Of a stretch of DNA of 64,000 nucleotides, positions 24,005 to 36,281 are shown one piece after another. The stretch is from Anthoceros angustus (taxonomy: Eukaryota; Plantae; Anthocerotophyta). A program made the translations under genes and the position numbers. Where the stretch lies: positions 121,656 through 185,655 of the forward strand of contig MU008222.1 in assembly GCA_010909165.1 (NCBI GenBank). The letters run 5' to 3'. The notes beneath the pieces were generated by a model that searched no databases, was not told where the DNA came from, and worked only from the letters and a program-made list of their open reading frames with translations. Every line of letters begins with the position of its first letter. The stretch's first letter is position 1.

Positions 24005-26725
24005 GATAAGAAGAGTGAAGCTCAGACATCTTGGAAGATTCCCGAAACCATGCCGCGAAGTGCCTCCTAGTACGCCAAAGAATCGTTTCAATAAGAGCGT
24101 ATGCGGTTCTTGGATCTGGGAAGAGGAGAATAGGAGAGGTACTTGGAGGCACTTGTTCGCCCGCACAAATACGCTAGTGCAAAGGGGAAGGTGCAAACGT
24201 TTCTCATGCATCGGCCCCCACTAAGATGCTATTTGAAAGCCTTCAGACGCATGTATTGCATTGGGTCTGCCAGGTATGAAGAATTGAAGATCAGAGTCCT
24301 GAGCAATGCTCCTTGGGACGGGAACAAGCCAAACCCATGTCAAAAATCCACACACGCCCTTGGTGCGATTGCGTGGATGGATGCGACTTTCTTGCATCTC
24401 GCTGAGAGGTTGCCGAATGTTGAAGTCTATAACTTGCCTGATACTTTTACCAAGCATGAAGTTTGGTCACAATACAAGCAGGGGATGGACAAAACAGGCT
24501 TGCGGTACATTATCATATGCGAACTTCCTCCGATTATGGGAACAGAATTTCCGCGCGTGAAAATTCCCAAGTCAAACAGGTTCTCGACATGTTCCTTATG
24601 CACTGGACTAAAGTATAACATTCGACACACAGAAGCAATACTCGAGCAAGGTACGCCGGTCCATGTTCATGTCTCCCCAATCAAATTGACAGAAACCACT
24701 CATTGAGTAATACGAGGCAACTGTCCGCTGAAGAAAACTAACTCTTAACTTTATGTTTGCCGATTTGTCTTTCACAGTCAATGTAGCATGTGCTTGTGTG
24801 ATCTGCTTTGGTGGCAAGGATGGAAGCCATGTACATGTTATAGAGCAATGCGTACGGGCGCCGGTACGCCGGCGTCCACGACCACTATCATCACACCCGC
24901 ACGCCGGGGACCAATGTGAATCTTGAACGCCGGTATGCCGGCGCCCATCACTGGAATATTCTGTTGTTTGCGAATGGGCCCGCCTCTGTATGTTTCGCAG
25001 TGGTATTCCTCTCAAATCGCCAGCGACAAGTGTTAATCTCATGGTTGTCATTGATTCAGGTGTAGATTTGTCCGTCTTGTATACGACAAGCTTGGCTCTA
25101 ATCGATGTTTCCATGGTTGGACGCAGATGTTTACCAAGCTGCATTAGACTCCCATAGAGTCTGTCTTATGAACGAAAGGAAGAAAATGTCAAGCATCAAA
25201 AGGGTACAGTGAATAAATACATATTATTATCAATTGATGGCATGGACCAAGAAAACATCACCATATTACGATGGCCTAAAGACTTGAAGGAGGACAACAA
25301 GATCAAGATCATGTTGTGGGTTGTATGATCCATAATTATACTCACAAGGCCGAGCTTATCTCCACTATGCGAATCTTCACAATGACGCAACTGACGATTT
25401 CGCTGTGATGTCATACACACTTACGAGGGCTTCTTCCATCGTTGTATTTTGACAACACGCAAGGAGAATAAGAATCAATTGCTATTTATGCACTTAATAT
25501 GCTAGTAGAGTGCAGATTTTCAAAAGGTTAAGGTGGGGTTTCTTCTCGGACACACGCATGACGGGATCGATGTTTTCATGTTTTTCAAAGCATCCAAGCA
25601 CAAGGAGGCTGACTTCGCTATGGAGGATATATTGAGAACGGCATACACACCAAACCCAGGTCAAGGTTATCACCGGCGTGCACTTCAACATATGTGTTGC
25701 AAAAGGAGCTGGGCACCAATTTAAAGTCATGGTTACAGCTTGAACAACCTCTCGCTCCAAAGATCTCAAAATTACAAGGAAGACAGTTAGGGGCGCGGAA
25801 AATTCTGATCATCTGAAGTAAGCGTATTCTACTTCTCCACGGTGGGAAACCGAAGATGGCTTGGAGTTCTTAACGACGCCCATACGTTATTGGACTGCAC
25901 CATTGATGGCCCTTCGTGCAAAGACAAAAGGGAGTGAAGGTGGGCTCACGGCATGCAAAGGCGTAGACCACCTACGGAAGGGCTTGCTCAAGCTGCCAAC
26001 ATATTTGAATGCGGATGAAGAGGAGTGGTGGATTGAATTACGGAAGGATCGGTGAGATCGCAACTATTGTGGACAACAACATTGGACTAGTCTTGCGAAT
26101 GAATGGAAATGGTATGACAGGACATGGAGTTACTTGTGTCCTGCACGTCGGCGAGGCTATTCTTGACGACATTACTCGAGAAGTACCACAGAGATATGTA
26201 TTTGGGAGCTCACCAAAGCTTGCAACGCCAAGAGGAGGTGGCAAGGATGAATGGGGATGTCATGGAGATTGAAGGCATGTTCATTGTCACTCCTTGCGAG
26301 GAGACACTCATATGAGCATTTTGGGTTGCAAAGGTTGTAAGTGTGCACGAACTCTGCGGACCCTTTCTTACGTGTGCATTGGTGGAGAACAGAGCAGATG
26401 CACTTACGAGGGCAAGTATGTTGGAGATACGTCAGAGAACGAATGGCGACCAAGCACCAAAGATCGAAAGGAAAGGGGAAAAACTCAAGACCTCCAAACA
26501 TCCAGACAATCTTAGATTCGCAAAACGGTTATCGTCTATTATGGGTTCAAGTTGAATTCAAGGAAACATCTATATGCATCAGATAAGAAAGTAATTAGGG
26601 AGAAGCTGAGTGCCCTTAGTCCCCATCTGCAACCATGCACTCCTGATGTCCAAGATGAAAGCGATGACGATTGTAACGAGGAGAAGGAGGTAAATGGAAA
26701 AGGTCTAGACTCTGGCAAAGAGTGA
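24005..26725 (+). pseudogene. DDE transposase, DUF7869/Sola-like, intron-containing, frameshifted
   Basis: FPRVKIPKSNRFSTCSLC (~24548-24601), IDGMDQ (~25233-25250), DNT..ENKN (~25451-25474), GHTHDGID (~25548-25571): characteristic catalytic-core motif series. Probable intron ~24651-25159. Confidence 0.75.
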
Positions 26726-27128
26726 TCAACCAATCATAATGCAGCAACTCCAATGCCCGGACTTGCATTTCTGTCTTTAGCGTATGCCCATGTAACGATT
26801 CTTACATATTGGGCATATTGGGGTATTGTCTGTCGGTGAAGGTCATATCTGATCATCGTGGCATAGGCAATGGGCGGCGGCATGCCAGCGCCCATTATTA
26901 TCTTCGGACATAAGCTATCTATTATATTACACATTTGAATTTCTCCATCTGCATGAATGCAAATCTCGTTTGCCTGCCGTAGTCGTTTCCAGTAAGGGTT
27001 TAAACCAAACCTGTGCGCTGTTTAGTTATCAGGCTTTGGCATTGTCATTGATTTGAACCTTTGTAGTCAAGACCACTAAAGAGTTGGGCGCCGGCATGCC
27101 GGCGCCCTTACCCCTCGCCCGCACTGTG

Positions 27129-30100
27129 AGCTTCCCCACACATCTTGACACAATAAAGCTCAATGAAGTAGAGCCATGACAAACCCTCAAGGATGGTATT
27201 TCGAATCACGGGGAGGCTCTCTTCCCCATGTTTCAAATCTCATAATTTAAACTTATCCATATTTCACCTTCCGTCACCCGCACAAATGGCGTACATTATG
27301 GATATTATTTCTAGGAAAACTACTTGACCATGGAAGTCAATGACCATCGCTGAACACTAGAACACATCCGTATATGCTTAGGGCCGTATCTTAGACCCTA
27401 TTTTTCCAAAAATTGGCGTTACCATAACGTGCAAAACCCCATTTCACTGCCCATCGAGAAGCCCCTTCACCGTATATGTACCCTATAAGCCCCTTCTTGT
27501 ATATTGAGCCGCTTTAAATATTATGCTGTTTCAATCGGAGGCAGCCCTTGCCGCGCTACCAGAAAGGAATGCCAGGACTGATCCCCGCTGTTGGACAGTT
27601 TGGAGCATTCGCCAAGTGTATGGAAGGCCGGAGGAGGAGAGCTCAGGAGTCGCTCTCCTCGAGAGAACGAATGGGGGAAAGAGAGCCCCCACCACGGATA
27701 TTCCTCAAGAGGTTTTGGATCTCATCGACAGAGGGATGAAGGCCAAAACCAAAAATGGATGGAAGACGGACAGCATCAAGGAGCTCAAGTGGAGACTCTT
27801 CGCCAAAATTGTCTTGGGCTTGGTGAATTACCAACGCACCTCCTATTTCAGCACCAGCTTCTTACAATTTCTGTAGAAGATCATCAAGGGATCTAAAGCC
27901 GAATTAGGGAACCATCATGTATGAGGCTTATATTCATCACAGGGAGAAGCTTCTCAAGCCCAACACGGTGGATGAAGGAGGTGCAAGGCCTTGCTACCTT
28001 AGCACCTATTTGGTGCATTTATGGGAGACGGAGGGGCTTTTAACCAGCAAGGAGCTTGAGGATGCTTGGCATCCTTTCGAGATAATACACCTCAAGCCGA
28101 GCTTGGAGAGGTCTCTACCCTTTGCCTTGAGGAAAACCATGGGAGGGCAAACTTCTTCCAGTGCCCCACCACCGAGGTCGAGAATTGAGGAGATAGCGGC
28201 CGCACCGGAAGGATTATCGGAGGTGGAAGATTTTCCCCCACATGAGGAGCAAGAAGGGGGACAAAAGATGCAGGCCAGTGAGGGCCAAGTGGTGGTTTAC
28301 AAGGGCGCTCCTACCACGGTAGGAGTTCAGCCTACCACGGTAGGAGGGCAACCTACCGCAGTAGGAGACACACCCCCTACGGTGGGACGGGTTTCGACCA
28401 TCTTGTGGGTGCCAAAGGGAGAGGCACCCCGTCAACCTACCACGGTAGGTAGCCAGCCTACCGCGGTAGGAAGGCAGCCTAGGGCGGCAGGGAAGAGGAA
28501 GGAAGGACAGCGCGAGGCGCCGAGGGCCGCGCCTAGGCAGCAACCACCTGCGCCAAGAGAAAGAGGGGATGGAGCGACAGTGCGAGGACCTACCCCACCG
28601 CGCGACGACCAAGGGGGCCAATAAGAGGGACGCAAGGACGCTGGAGATTTCCAGCAAGAGACCGAAGGGGTCTGAATTGGGACCCCTAAGAGAATTGCTA
28701 AGTGTCTGTGAGGCACTTAGCCAGGTGGACTTGAAGGCGGCAAGAGAAATGGCAGCCTCCCTCCTGGCATGTCAAGAGGAGATCCAGGCGAATAAGGCCC
28801 AGGAGATGGAAGAGAGACGAGTGGGGACCAAGTGGCAGCTGGAGGCCATGGAGTCCGATGAGAAGGCAGCCAAGTTGGAGAAGGCTGTGGAGAAGCTCCA
28901 GCAAGATATTGTGGACCCTGGCCAGACGAGAGAAGGCCACGGAGGAAGCTGTCCCAGAAGAGAGAGAGAGCTGTCAGAGCCACCGGCCGAGACACATGGG
29001 CGAAGGTGGAGGACCATTTTTCCCAACTAGAGCGGAGGACAAATCAAGCTCTAGGGAGGAAGAAGCGGGTCCAACAAGTGGAGGCACAGGAGCAAGTGTT
29101 GGCCACCCAAGCTATCAGAATCCGGGATGTGGAGGAAGAATTGCGAAAGACCGGTTGAGCTTGGAAGTGAGGAGCACGGAGCTGATCACCCAAGACCTCC
29201 AAGTGCAAGGGCTGGAACGCGAGAAGGATGCTTGGCAAGAAGAGAAGGAGAGGCTTGCCAAGCAAGTGGCAGACCTGGAGCAGAGGAGGGCTCGAGAGGA
29301 GGAGCGCCACAAGAAAGTGGTCCATAGGTTGCTGGTAGTGAGGAAGAGGTGATTTCGGGCAGATTATGCCCTACAAACAAAGTTGGCTAGCCAACTTAGG
29401 GAAGCCAGGGAGGAGAATGTCGCCCTTCATGTGAGGGTAGGAGAAGTGAATGTGGCCAGGGACGCCTACAGGGATAGGTGTGAGAGTGGAGAATGGCCAA
29501 CAGAGCTCGACGATCTCGAGATGCAGTACTAGAGTTTGGGAGCCCATCTCCATAACCGAGTGCTGAAGGCCAACAATGAGATGTTGCACCTTGCAAAAAG
29601 GAGGACTTTAGGTCCTCATGATGATGATCGCAAGGAATTATTGCAAGTGAGGCCGGAGGCTTCAGATTTTGATGAAGCCACAAGTGACATGGACTCCGAG
29701 GAGTCAGAAGGGGCAGTAGAAGGAGAGGAAGCCGCCATGCCAAGGGAAGGAGATGGTGCAGTGAGCAAGGTAGGCAGTCAGCCTACACTTGCAGGGGGTC
29801 AGCCTACCACGGTAGGTGACCACCCTACCAGTGAGTAGGCAGCCTCGGTGTGGGGCAGGACCTGAGCGTGGGTCCAAGAAGGCGAGCCATGGGGCCTTCT
29901 TGAGGATGGAAGGGCCGGAGGATCCAGCAACATGCCCCCTAGGATAGATGACAAGTGAGGCCGGAGGCTTCAGATTTTGATGAAGCCACAAGTGACATGG
30001 ACTCAGGAGTCGGAAGGCGATGAAGGAGAGGAAGCCGCCATGCCAAGGGAAGGAGATGGTGCAAGTGAGCAAGGTGGGCGGTCACCACACTTGCGGTCAC

Positions 30101-33100
30101 CACCACGGTGGGTGGTCAACCTACCACGGTGGGTGGTCAACCTACCACGGTGGGGGGCAGGACCTCTGGGCGTGGTCCAAAAAGCAGCCATGGGGCCTTG
30201 AGGATGGAAGGGCAGGATCCGGCAACATGCCCCCTAGGATAGATGACAAGGCGGTGGAGGGAGCAATGCCACGGAGGAGACCAAAGGCAGTCCACGGCTG
30301 TCATGGCGGAAGGGGTGAAATTCCCTCACCCCACGGACAAGGAGGCAGGGACAGGAGGAGTCCGGCCACCTAAAAAGGCTCGGAGGAGTCGGTGGGGAGG
30401 ACATCATCGGATTAGGCAGTAGGAAGGATCCTTTGAAATGCTCCATGATAAGTATGGACAAATCAAGCCGGCGAGCAAAGGTAGGAGATCTTGATCCAAG
30501 AAGTCTGCGCCAATGTGGAGAAAGAGGGATGGAGCGACGGCACGAGGACCTACCCCACCGCTGACGACCAAGGGGCCAATAAGAGGGACGCAAGGCTGGA
30601 GATTTCAGCAAGAGGCCAAGAAAAGGGGTGGGACCCTAAGAGAATTGCTAAGTGTCCATGAGGCACTTAGCTGTGTGGACTTAGGCGGCAAGAGAATGGC
30701 AGCCTCCCTCACAGCATGTCAAGAGGAGATCCAGGCGAATAAGGCCCGTGAGATGGAAGAGAGACAGTGGGGACCAAGTGGCGGAGGCCATGGAGTCCGA
30801 GGAGAAGGCAGCCAAGTTGGAGAAGGCAGAGAAGCTCCGACAAGATATTGTGGACCCTGGCCAGCGAGAGAAGGCCACGGAGGAAGCTGTCCCAAGCAGA
30901 AGAGAGAGCTGTCCGAGCCACCGGCCAGCGAGACACATGGAGGCAGAAGGTGGAGGACCATTTTTCCCAACTAGAGCAGGAGCGGCGGACAAAATCTGAA
31001 GCTCTAGGGAGGAAGAAGCAGGCGGTCCAACAAGTGGAGGCACAGGAGCAAGTGTTGGCCACCCAAGCTATCAGAATCCGGGATGTGGAGGAAGAATTGC
31101 GAAAGACCCGGTTGAGCTTGGAAGTGAGGAGCACGGAGCTGATCACCCAAGACCTCCAAGTGCAAGGGCTGGAACGCGAGAAGGATGCTTGGCAAGAAGA
31201 GAAGGAGCTTGCCAAGCAAGTGGCGCACTGGAGCGGAGGAGGGCTCGAGGAGGCGCCACAAGAAAGTGGTCCATAGGTTGCCGGTAGTGAGGAAGAGGTG
31301 ATTTCGGGCAGATTATGCCCTACAAACAAAGTTGGCTAGCCAACTTAGGGAAGCCAGGGAGGAGAATGTCGCCCTTCATGTGAGGGTAGGAGAAGTGAAT
31401 GTGGCCAGGGACGCCTACAGGGATAGGTGTGAGAGTGGAGAATGGCCAACAGAGCTCGACGATCTCGAGATGCAGTACTAGAGTTTGGGAGCCCATCTCC
31501 ATAACCGAGTGGTGAAGGCCAACAATGAGATGTTGCACCTTGCAAAAAGGGGGACTTTAGGTCCTCATGATGATGATCGCAAGGAATTATTGCAAGTGAG
31601 GCCGGAGGATTTTGATGAAGCCACAAGTGACATGGACTCAGAGTCGGAAGGCGATGAAGGAGAGGAAGCCGCCATGCCAAGGGAAGGAGATGGTGCGGTG
31701 AGCAAGGTGGGCGGTCACCACACTTCAGGGGTCAACCTACCACGGTGGGTGACCACCCCTACAGGTAGCCTCGGTGTGGGGCAGGACCTCACGTGGGTCC
31801 AAGAAGGCGAGCCATGGGGCCTTGAGGATGGAAGGGCCGGAGGATCCAGCAACATGCCCCCTAGGATAGATGACAAGGCGGTGGAGGGAGCAATGCCACC
31901 GGAGGAGACCAAAGGCAGTCCACGGCTGTCATGGCGGAAGGGGTGAAATTCCCTCACCCCACGGACAAGGGAGGAGCCGGGACCCGGAGAGGAGTCCAGC
32001 ACGAAAAAGGCTCGGAGGAGTCAGTGAGGAGGACATCATCGGTCAGCAAATGGGGAAGGATCCTTTGAAGAAATGCTCCATGATAAGTATGGACAAATCA
32101 AACAGCAGGCAAAGGAGCCGAGGAGATCTTGATCCAAGAAGTCTGCGCCAATGTGGAGGAGAAAAGAGAGCAACAGGGGAGAAAAAGAACCAACCTACCA
32201 CGGTAGGTGGTCAACCTACCCCGGTAGGTTGCCAGCCTACCACGGTAGGGTGACCTTTGAAGAGGCGTGGCCAGCCAACAGAGGCGAGAAGATAGGCCGT
32301 TTGGAGCATGAGGAAGGGGCGCGACTAACTGAAGGATAAATGGGCGGGCGCGCGATGAGGAAGCGGGAAGGGGCAAGAAGATTCTTGCCCACAAGTCGAG
32401 AAAAGGCGGCAGGCGGGAAGGTCGGGACAAAAGGGATGAGAAGACCAACCAGGAGGGAACTCGTCACCACTCCAGCAAGATAAGGACCCAAATTGGTCAA
32501 TGACCATAAATGTACTTTGGAAAGTGGGAAGGATAGGTGGCATAGGCTGAAGTTATTTAAAGGTTGACATATGTGAACTTGCTAGAATGGAATTTCCACA
32601 CGGACCCCAGGCAATTGTGCCGTAAGGGCGAGTCAGAATTAATGAGCCAGTAAACGGTGTTAGAGTAGGAGATCGTGGAAGGAGAAAGGTTAGATGAGTA
32701 GAGAAGAGAAGAGCGTTGTTGGTTGAGAAGGTTGAGACGAGAATTGGAGTGTAGAAAGAGTGGAAGGCCAAAAGCAGAGCCTATGGGATGAATCCCAAAT
32801 TTGCAGTAAGAGGGCGCTCCCTGTGTGGAAGATTGGTCTTAGGAGTAGGGGCTGAGTGCCCGGTGTGGGTTAGGGGTCCACAGGCGCCGTGGCGCTCCTT
32901 CGCTAAGACATGACACCACCCAATTGTGTTGTGTCGTTGTAAATTAAGTGGTGAATTTCCGAGGCGGTCGGTGGTGCAGTGTTGTGAGGCGGAGTAGTGT
33001 ATAGGCTGCGGTGATTGATTTCCCAAGATCCGACCGTTCCCACAAGTCTCATGGGACGAAACCCAACTTATGAAACGACAGTGGGATAAGTGTGGCCACT

Positions 33101-33593
33101 AGAGGGTGAATCTCGGAAGCCCCGTGATTTTCCTCCCACACCTGCAAATGGGTTTTCAAGCTCAAGGTTAAGACTGATGATTCTTTTGATAGGAACAAAG
33201 GTTGCTTAGTTGCTCGAGGTTTCTCGCAAGTTGAAGGACTTGATTACCTCAAGACCTTCGCTCCACATGTGGAAGATTGGTCTTAGGAGTAGGGACGAAA
33301 TTGCGGTGTGGGTTAGGGGTCCACAGGCGCCGTGGCGCTCCTTCGCTAAGACATGACCTGCAATTGTGTTGTGTCGTTGTAGGTCGAGAATTGGTGAATT
33401 TCGGGCGGTCTGGTGGTGCAGTGTTGTAAGGGGAGCCGAGGTAGTGTATAGTGTATAGGCTGCGGTGATTGATTTCCCAAGATCCGACTGGTTCCACAAG
33501 TCTCATGGGATGAAACCCAACTTATGAAGCAGCGTGGGATAAGTGTGGCCACTAGAGGGTGAATCTCGGAAGCCCCGTGATTTTCCTCCCACA
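27129..33593 (+). mobile_element. LTR-retrotransposon fragment (probably Gypsy-type): accessory ORF plus LTR-like region ending ...ctcccaca
   Basis: ORFs 27523-28624 followed by a long coiled-coil and acidic region; TATA-like tatttaaa ~32554 followed by GA-rich sequence ending in CA at the junction with Copia RT. No gag or pol seen. Confidence 0.45.
27523..32250 (+). pseudogene. Retrotransposon accessory protein (globular domain, PTTVG repeats, coiled coil, acidic tail), internally duplicated
   Basis: PCYLSTYLVHLWETEGLL segment; E/K/Q/R-rich heptads (30767-31276). 28558-30518 is repeated at ~30519-32150. Confidence 0.5.
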
Positions 33594-35537
33594 CCTGCAA
33601 ATGGGTTTTCAAGCTCAAGGTTAAGACTGATGATTCTTTTGATAGGAACAAAGGTTGCTTAGTTGCTCGAGGTTTCTCGCAAGTTGAAGGACTTGATTAC
33701 CTCAAGACCTTCGCTCCTGTTGTAAAGCTAGCCACCCTGCGAGCATTGTGCGCCGTATCAGCATATAAAGATTATGAGCCACAAATGTTTGATGTTAAAA
33801 CAATATTCTTACATGGAAAGCTAGATACATAAATATATATGCAACAACCTCCTGGATATGAGGTGAAAGGAAAAGAAGTGCCATGGTTGCAAGTTGATCA
33901 AAACTCACATATGGGCTAAAACAATCAGCAATGGAGTGGAGCACCATCCTAGATGAAGCGTGGCATTAGGTTTCATCAAAAGTAAGGCCAATGGCAGTTT
34001 GTATGTATACATCAAAGGAGATGTGGTGTGTTACTTAGTTGTCTACGTGGACGACTTGATTCTCTCCGGACCGAGTATATCAACACCATAACAAACTTGC
34101 TTGCAACAAAGTTTGAAATGTCAAAGCTTGGTCCACTTTAAAGTTGCCTTGGAATTCACATTCAAAGGAATAGGAAGAAGAGAGTCATTACTTTGACTCA
34201 ACCAAGGTACTTGGCCGATTACTGCCGCTTAAGCTTAGGCCTAAAGGATGCCAAGGTTGCGGCAACACCTCTTCAGATGCTTTGAAGTTGAGCAAGAGTA
34301 TGTCACCTATGACCGCAGTAGAGAAGGATCGGATGTCTAATGTTCCATATCGTCAAGGTGTGGGTAAGCTCATATATGCAAATACAACACGACATGAAGT
34401 GGCCTTCTCTATCGGTATTGTCGTGATTTTCCTCCACACACAAATGGGTTTTCAAGCTCAAGGTTAAGGCCCGTGATTCTTTTGATAGGAACAAAGGTTG
34501 CTTAGTTGCTCGAGGTTTCTCGCAAGTTGAAGGACTTGATTACCTCAAGACCTTCGCTCCTGTTGTAAAGCTAGCCACCCTGCGAGCATTGTGCGCCGTA
34601 TCAGCATATAAAGATTATGAGCCACAAATGTTTGATGTTAAAACAATATTCTTACATGGAAAGCTAGATACATAAATATATATGCAACAACCTCCTGGAT
34701 ATGAGGTGAAAGGAAAAGAGTACTTAGTTTGCAAGTTGATCAAAACTCTGTATGGGCTAAAACAATCAGCAATGGAGTGGAGCACCATCCTAGATGAAGA
34801 ACTGTTAGCATTAGGTTTCATCAAAAGTAAGGCCAATGGCAGTTTGTATGTATACATCAAAGGAGATGTGGTGTGTTACTTAGTTGTCTACGTGGACGAC
34901 TTGATTCTCTCCAGCAACAGCCAGGAGTATATCAACACCATAACAAACTTGCTTGCAACAAAGTTTGAAATGTCAAAGCTTGGTCCACTTTAAAGTTGCC
35001 TTGGAATTCACATTCAAAGGAATAGGAAGAAGAGAGTCATTACTTTGACTCAACCAAGGTACTTACTTGACAGTGCACAGCAACTAGGCCTAAAGGATGC
35101 CAAGGTTGCGGCAACACCTCTTCCCAGTAGCCTGAAGTTGAGCAAGAGTATGTCACCTATGACACAAGTAGAGAAGGATCAGATGTCTAATGTTCCATAT
35201 CGTCAAGGTGTGGGTAAGCTCATATATGCAGCAAATACAACACGACATGAAGTGGCCTTCTCTATCAGCGTATTGTCGTAGTTTTTAGAAAACCCTGGAC
35301 AAGAGCACTGGACATGTGTCAAGAGAGTGTTTAGATATTTGAAAGGCACATCTCACAGAGGGATAAAATATGCTTACCAGGCAGGTGTCCCTCTTGATCT
35401 TGAAGTTTATACAGACTCTAACTATGCCGGAGATGTTGATAGCCACAAATCAGTGTCAGGATATGTGGTATGTATAGCAGGAGGCCCCATTTGCTGGTCA
35501 AGCAAAAAGCAGCCTATAGTAGCACTCTCGAGCACAG
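33594..35537 (+). pseudogene. Copia RT-RNase H fragment (two tandem copies; best 34440-35537)
   Basis: CKWVFKLK..LVARGFSQVEGLDY..TFAPV, LYGLKQS, YVDDLI, YTDSNYAGD..KSVSGY..WSSKKQPIVALSS. In-frame stops are shared by both copies. Confidence 0.9.
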
Positions 35538-35599
35538 ACGGCGTGTTATGCAACCCTTGCCAAAAAAAAAAGTCATGTGCTTCTCCTTGGGTGACATCT

Positions 35600-35975
35600 A
35601 TATGTGGGTCCATTGAAACTTCACGATCAAGCATCTACACTATTAGAATGTGGGTCCATTGAAACTTCACGGTTAAGCATCTACACTACTAGAATGGGGT
35701 ATTATGTACCCCTTGCCAGAAAAAAAACTCCTATACATTCTCCAAGAGTGACATCTACATGCAGGTCCATTGGAACTCCACGGTCAAGCATCCATGAGTT
35801 TGATCACTACTAGGATGGGTTGTTCTACACCCCTTGCTAGAAAAACAGTCTTATGGTGCCGCCTGTTGTAAAAAATATCCTACGGTCAAGCATCCATGAG
35901 TTTGATCACTACTAGGATGGGGTGTTATGCACCCCTTGCTAAGTGCCGCCTGTTGTAAAAAATATCCTACGGTGC
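35600..35975. repeat. Local ~48-bp degenerate repeats
   Basis: gggtccattgaaacttcacgRtYaagcatctacactaYtagaatg at ~35606 and ~35652; variants at ~35763 and ~35883. Confidence 0.6.
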
Positions 35976-36281
35976 TACTCTGAATATATTTCGCTTTATA
36001 TTCTCACAAAAAAAACTTTCCAAGTGTCACAGGGTACGCAATAGGTAGTAACAACAGCTCTAACGCAGACTTGGGATCATTCCCATCACAGCATATCATC
36101 GAGCGCGGCGCCCGTACATCAGACATCATCGTACGGCGTATTGAACGCGAGTTTTTTCTGTTAGTCTGGGGAAGGAACCATGTGAAGAAACGGGACCACG
36201 ATAGTGAAACCAGCAGCCAGGAGTGTGCAGGTTTCTGAGCGTGGGCACTACTTGACGTTCCGTGGCAGCTGGCGGGTCACA

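Larger units (their letters stand above)
1..27128 (+). mobile_element. Putative large DDE DNA transposon (Sola-related/DUF7869-type), interrupted at ~2800-24004 by nested LTR elements; left end outside window
   Basis: Transposase motifs at 24.0-26.7 kb. The palindrome GGGCGCCGGCATGCCGGCGCCC occurs on both sides of the LTR nest (degenerate at 1-55; 24856, 24926, 26869, 27086). Copia LTR pieces bound the interruption. Confidence 0.5.

Noticed and set aside
5375-26725. Programmed frameshifting or RNA editing to explain the dense frameshifts
   Set aside because: Indels differ between duplicate copies and look like long-read error or decay.
28310-28470. Palindromic repeats as a CRISPR array
   Set aside because: Eukaryotic context, 7-bp spacers, in-frame coding, no cas genes.
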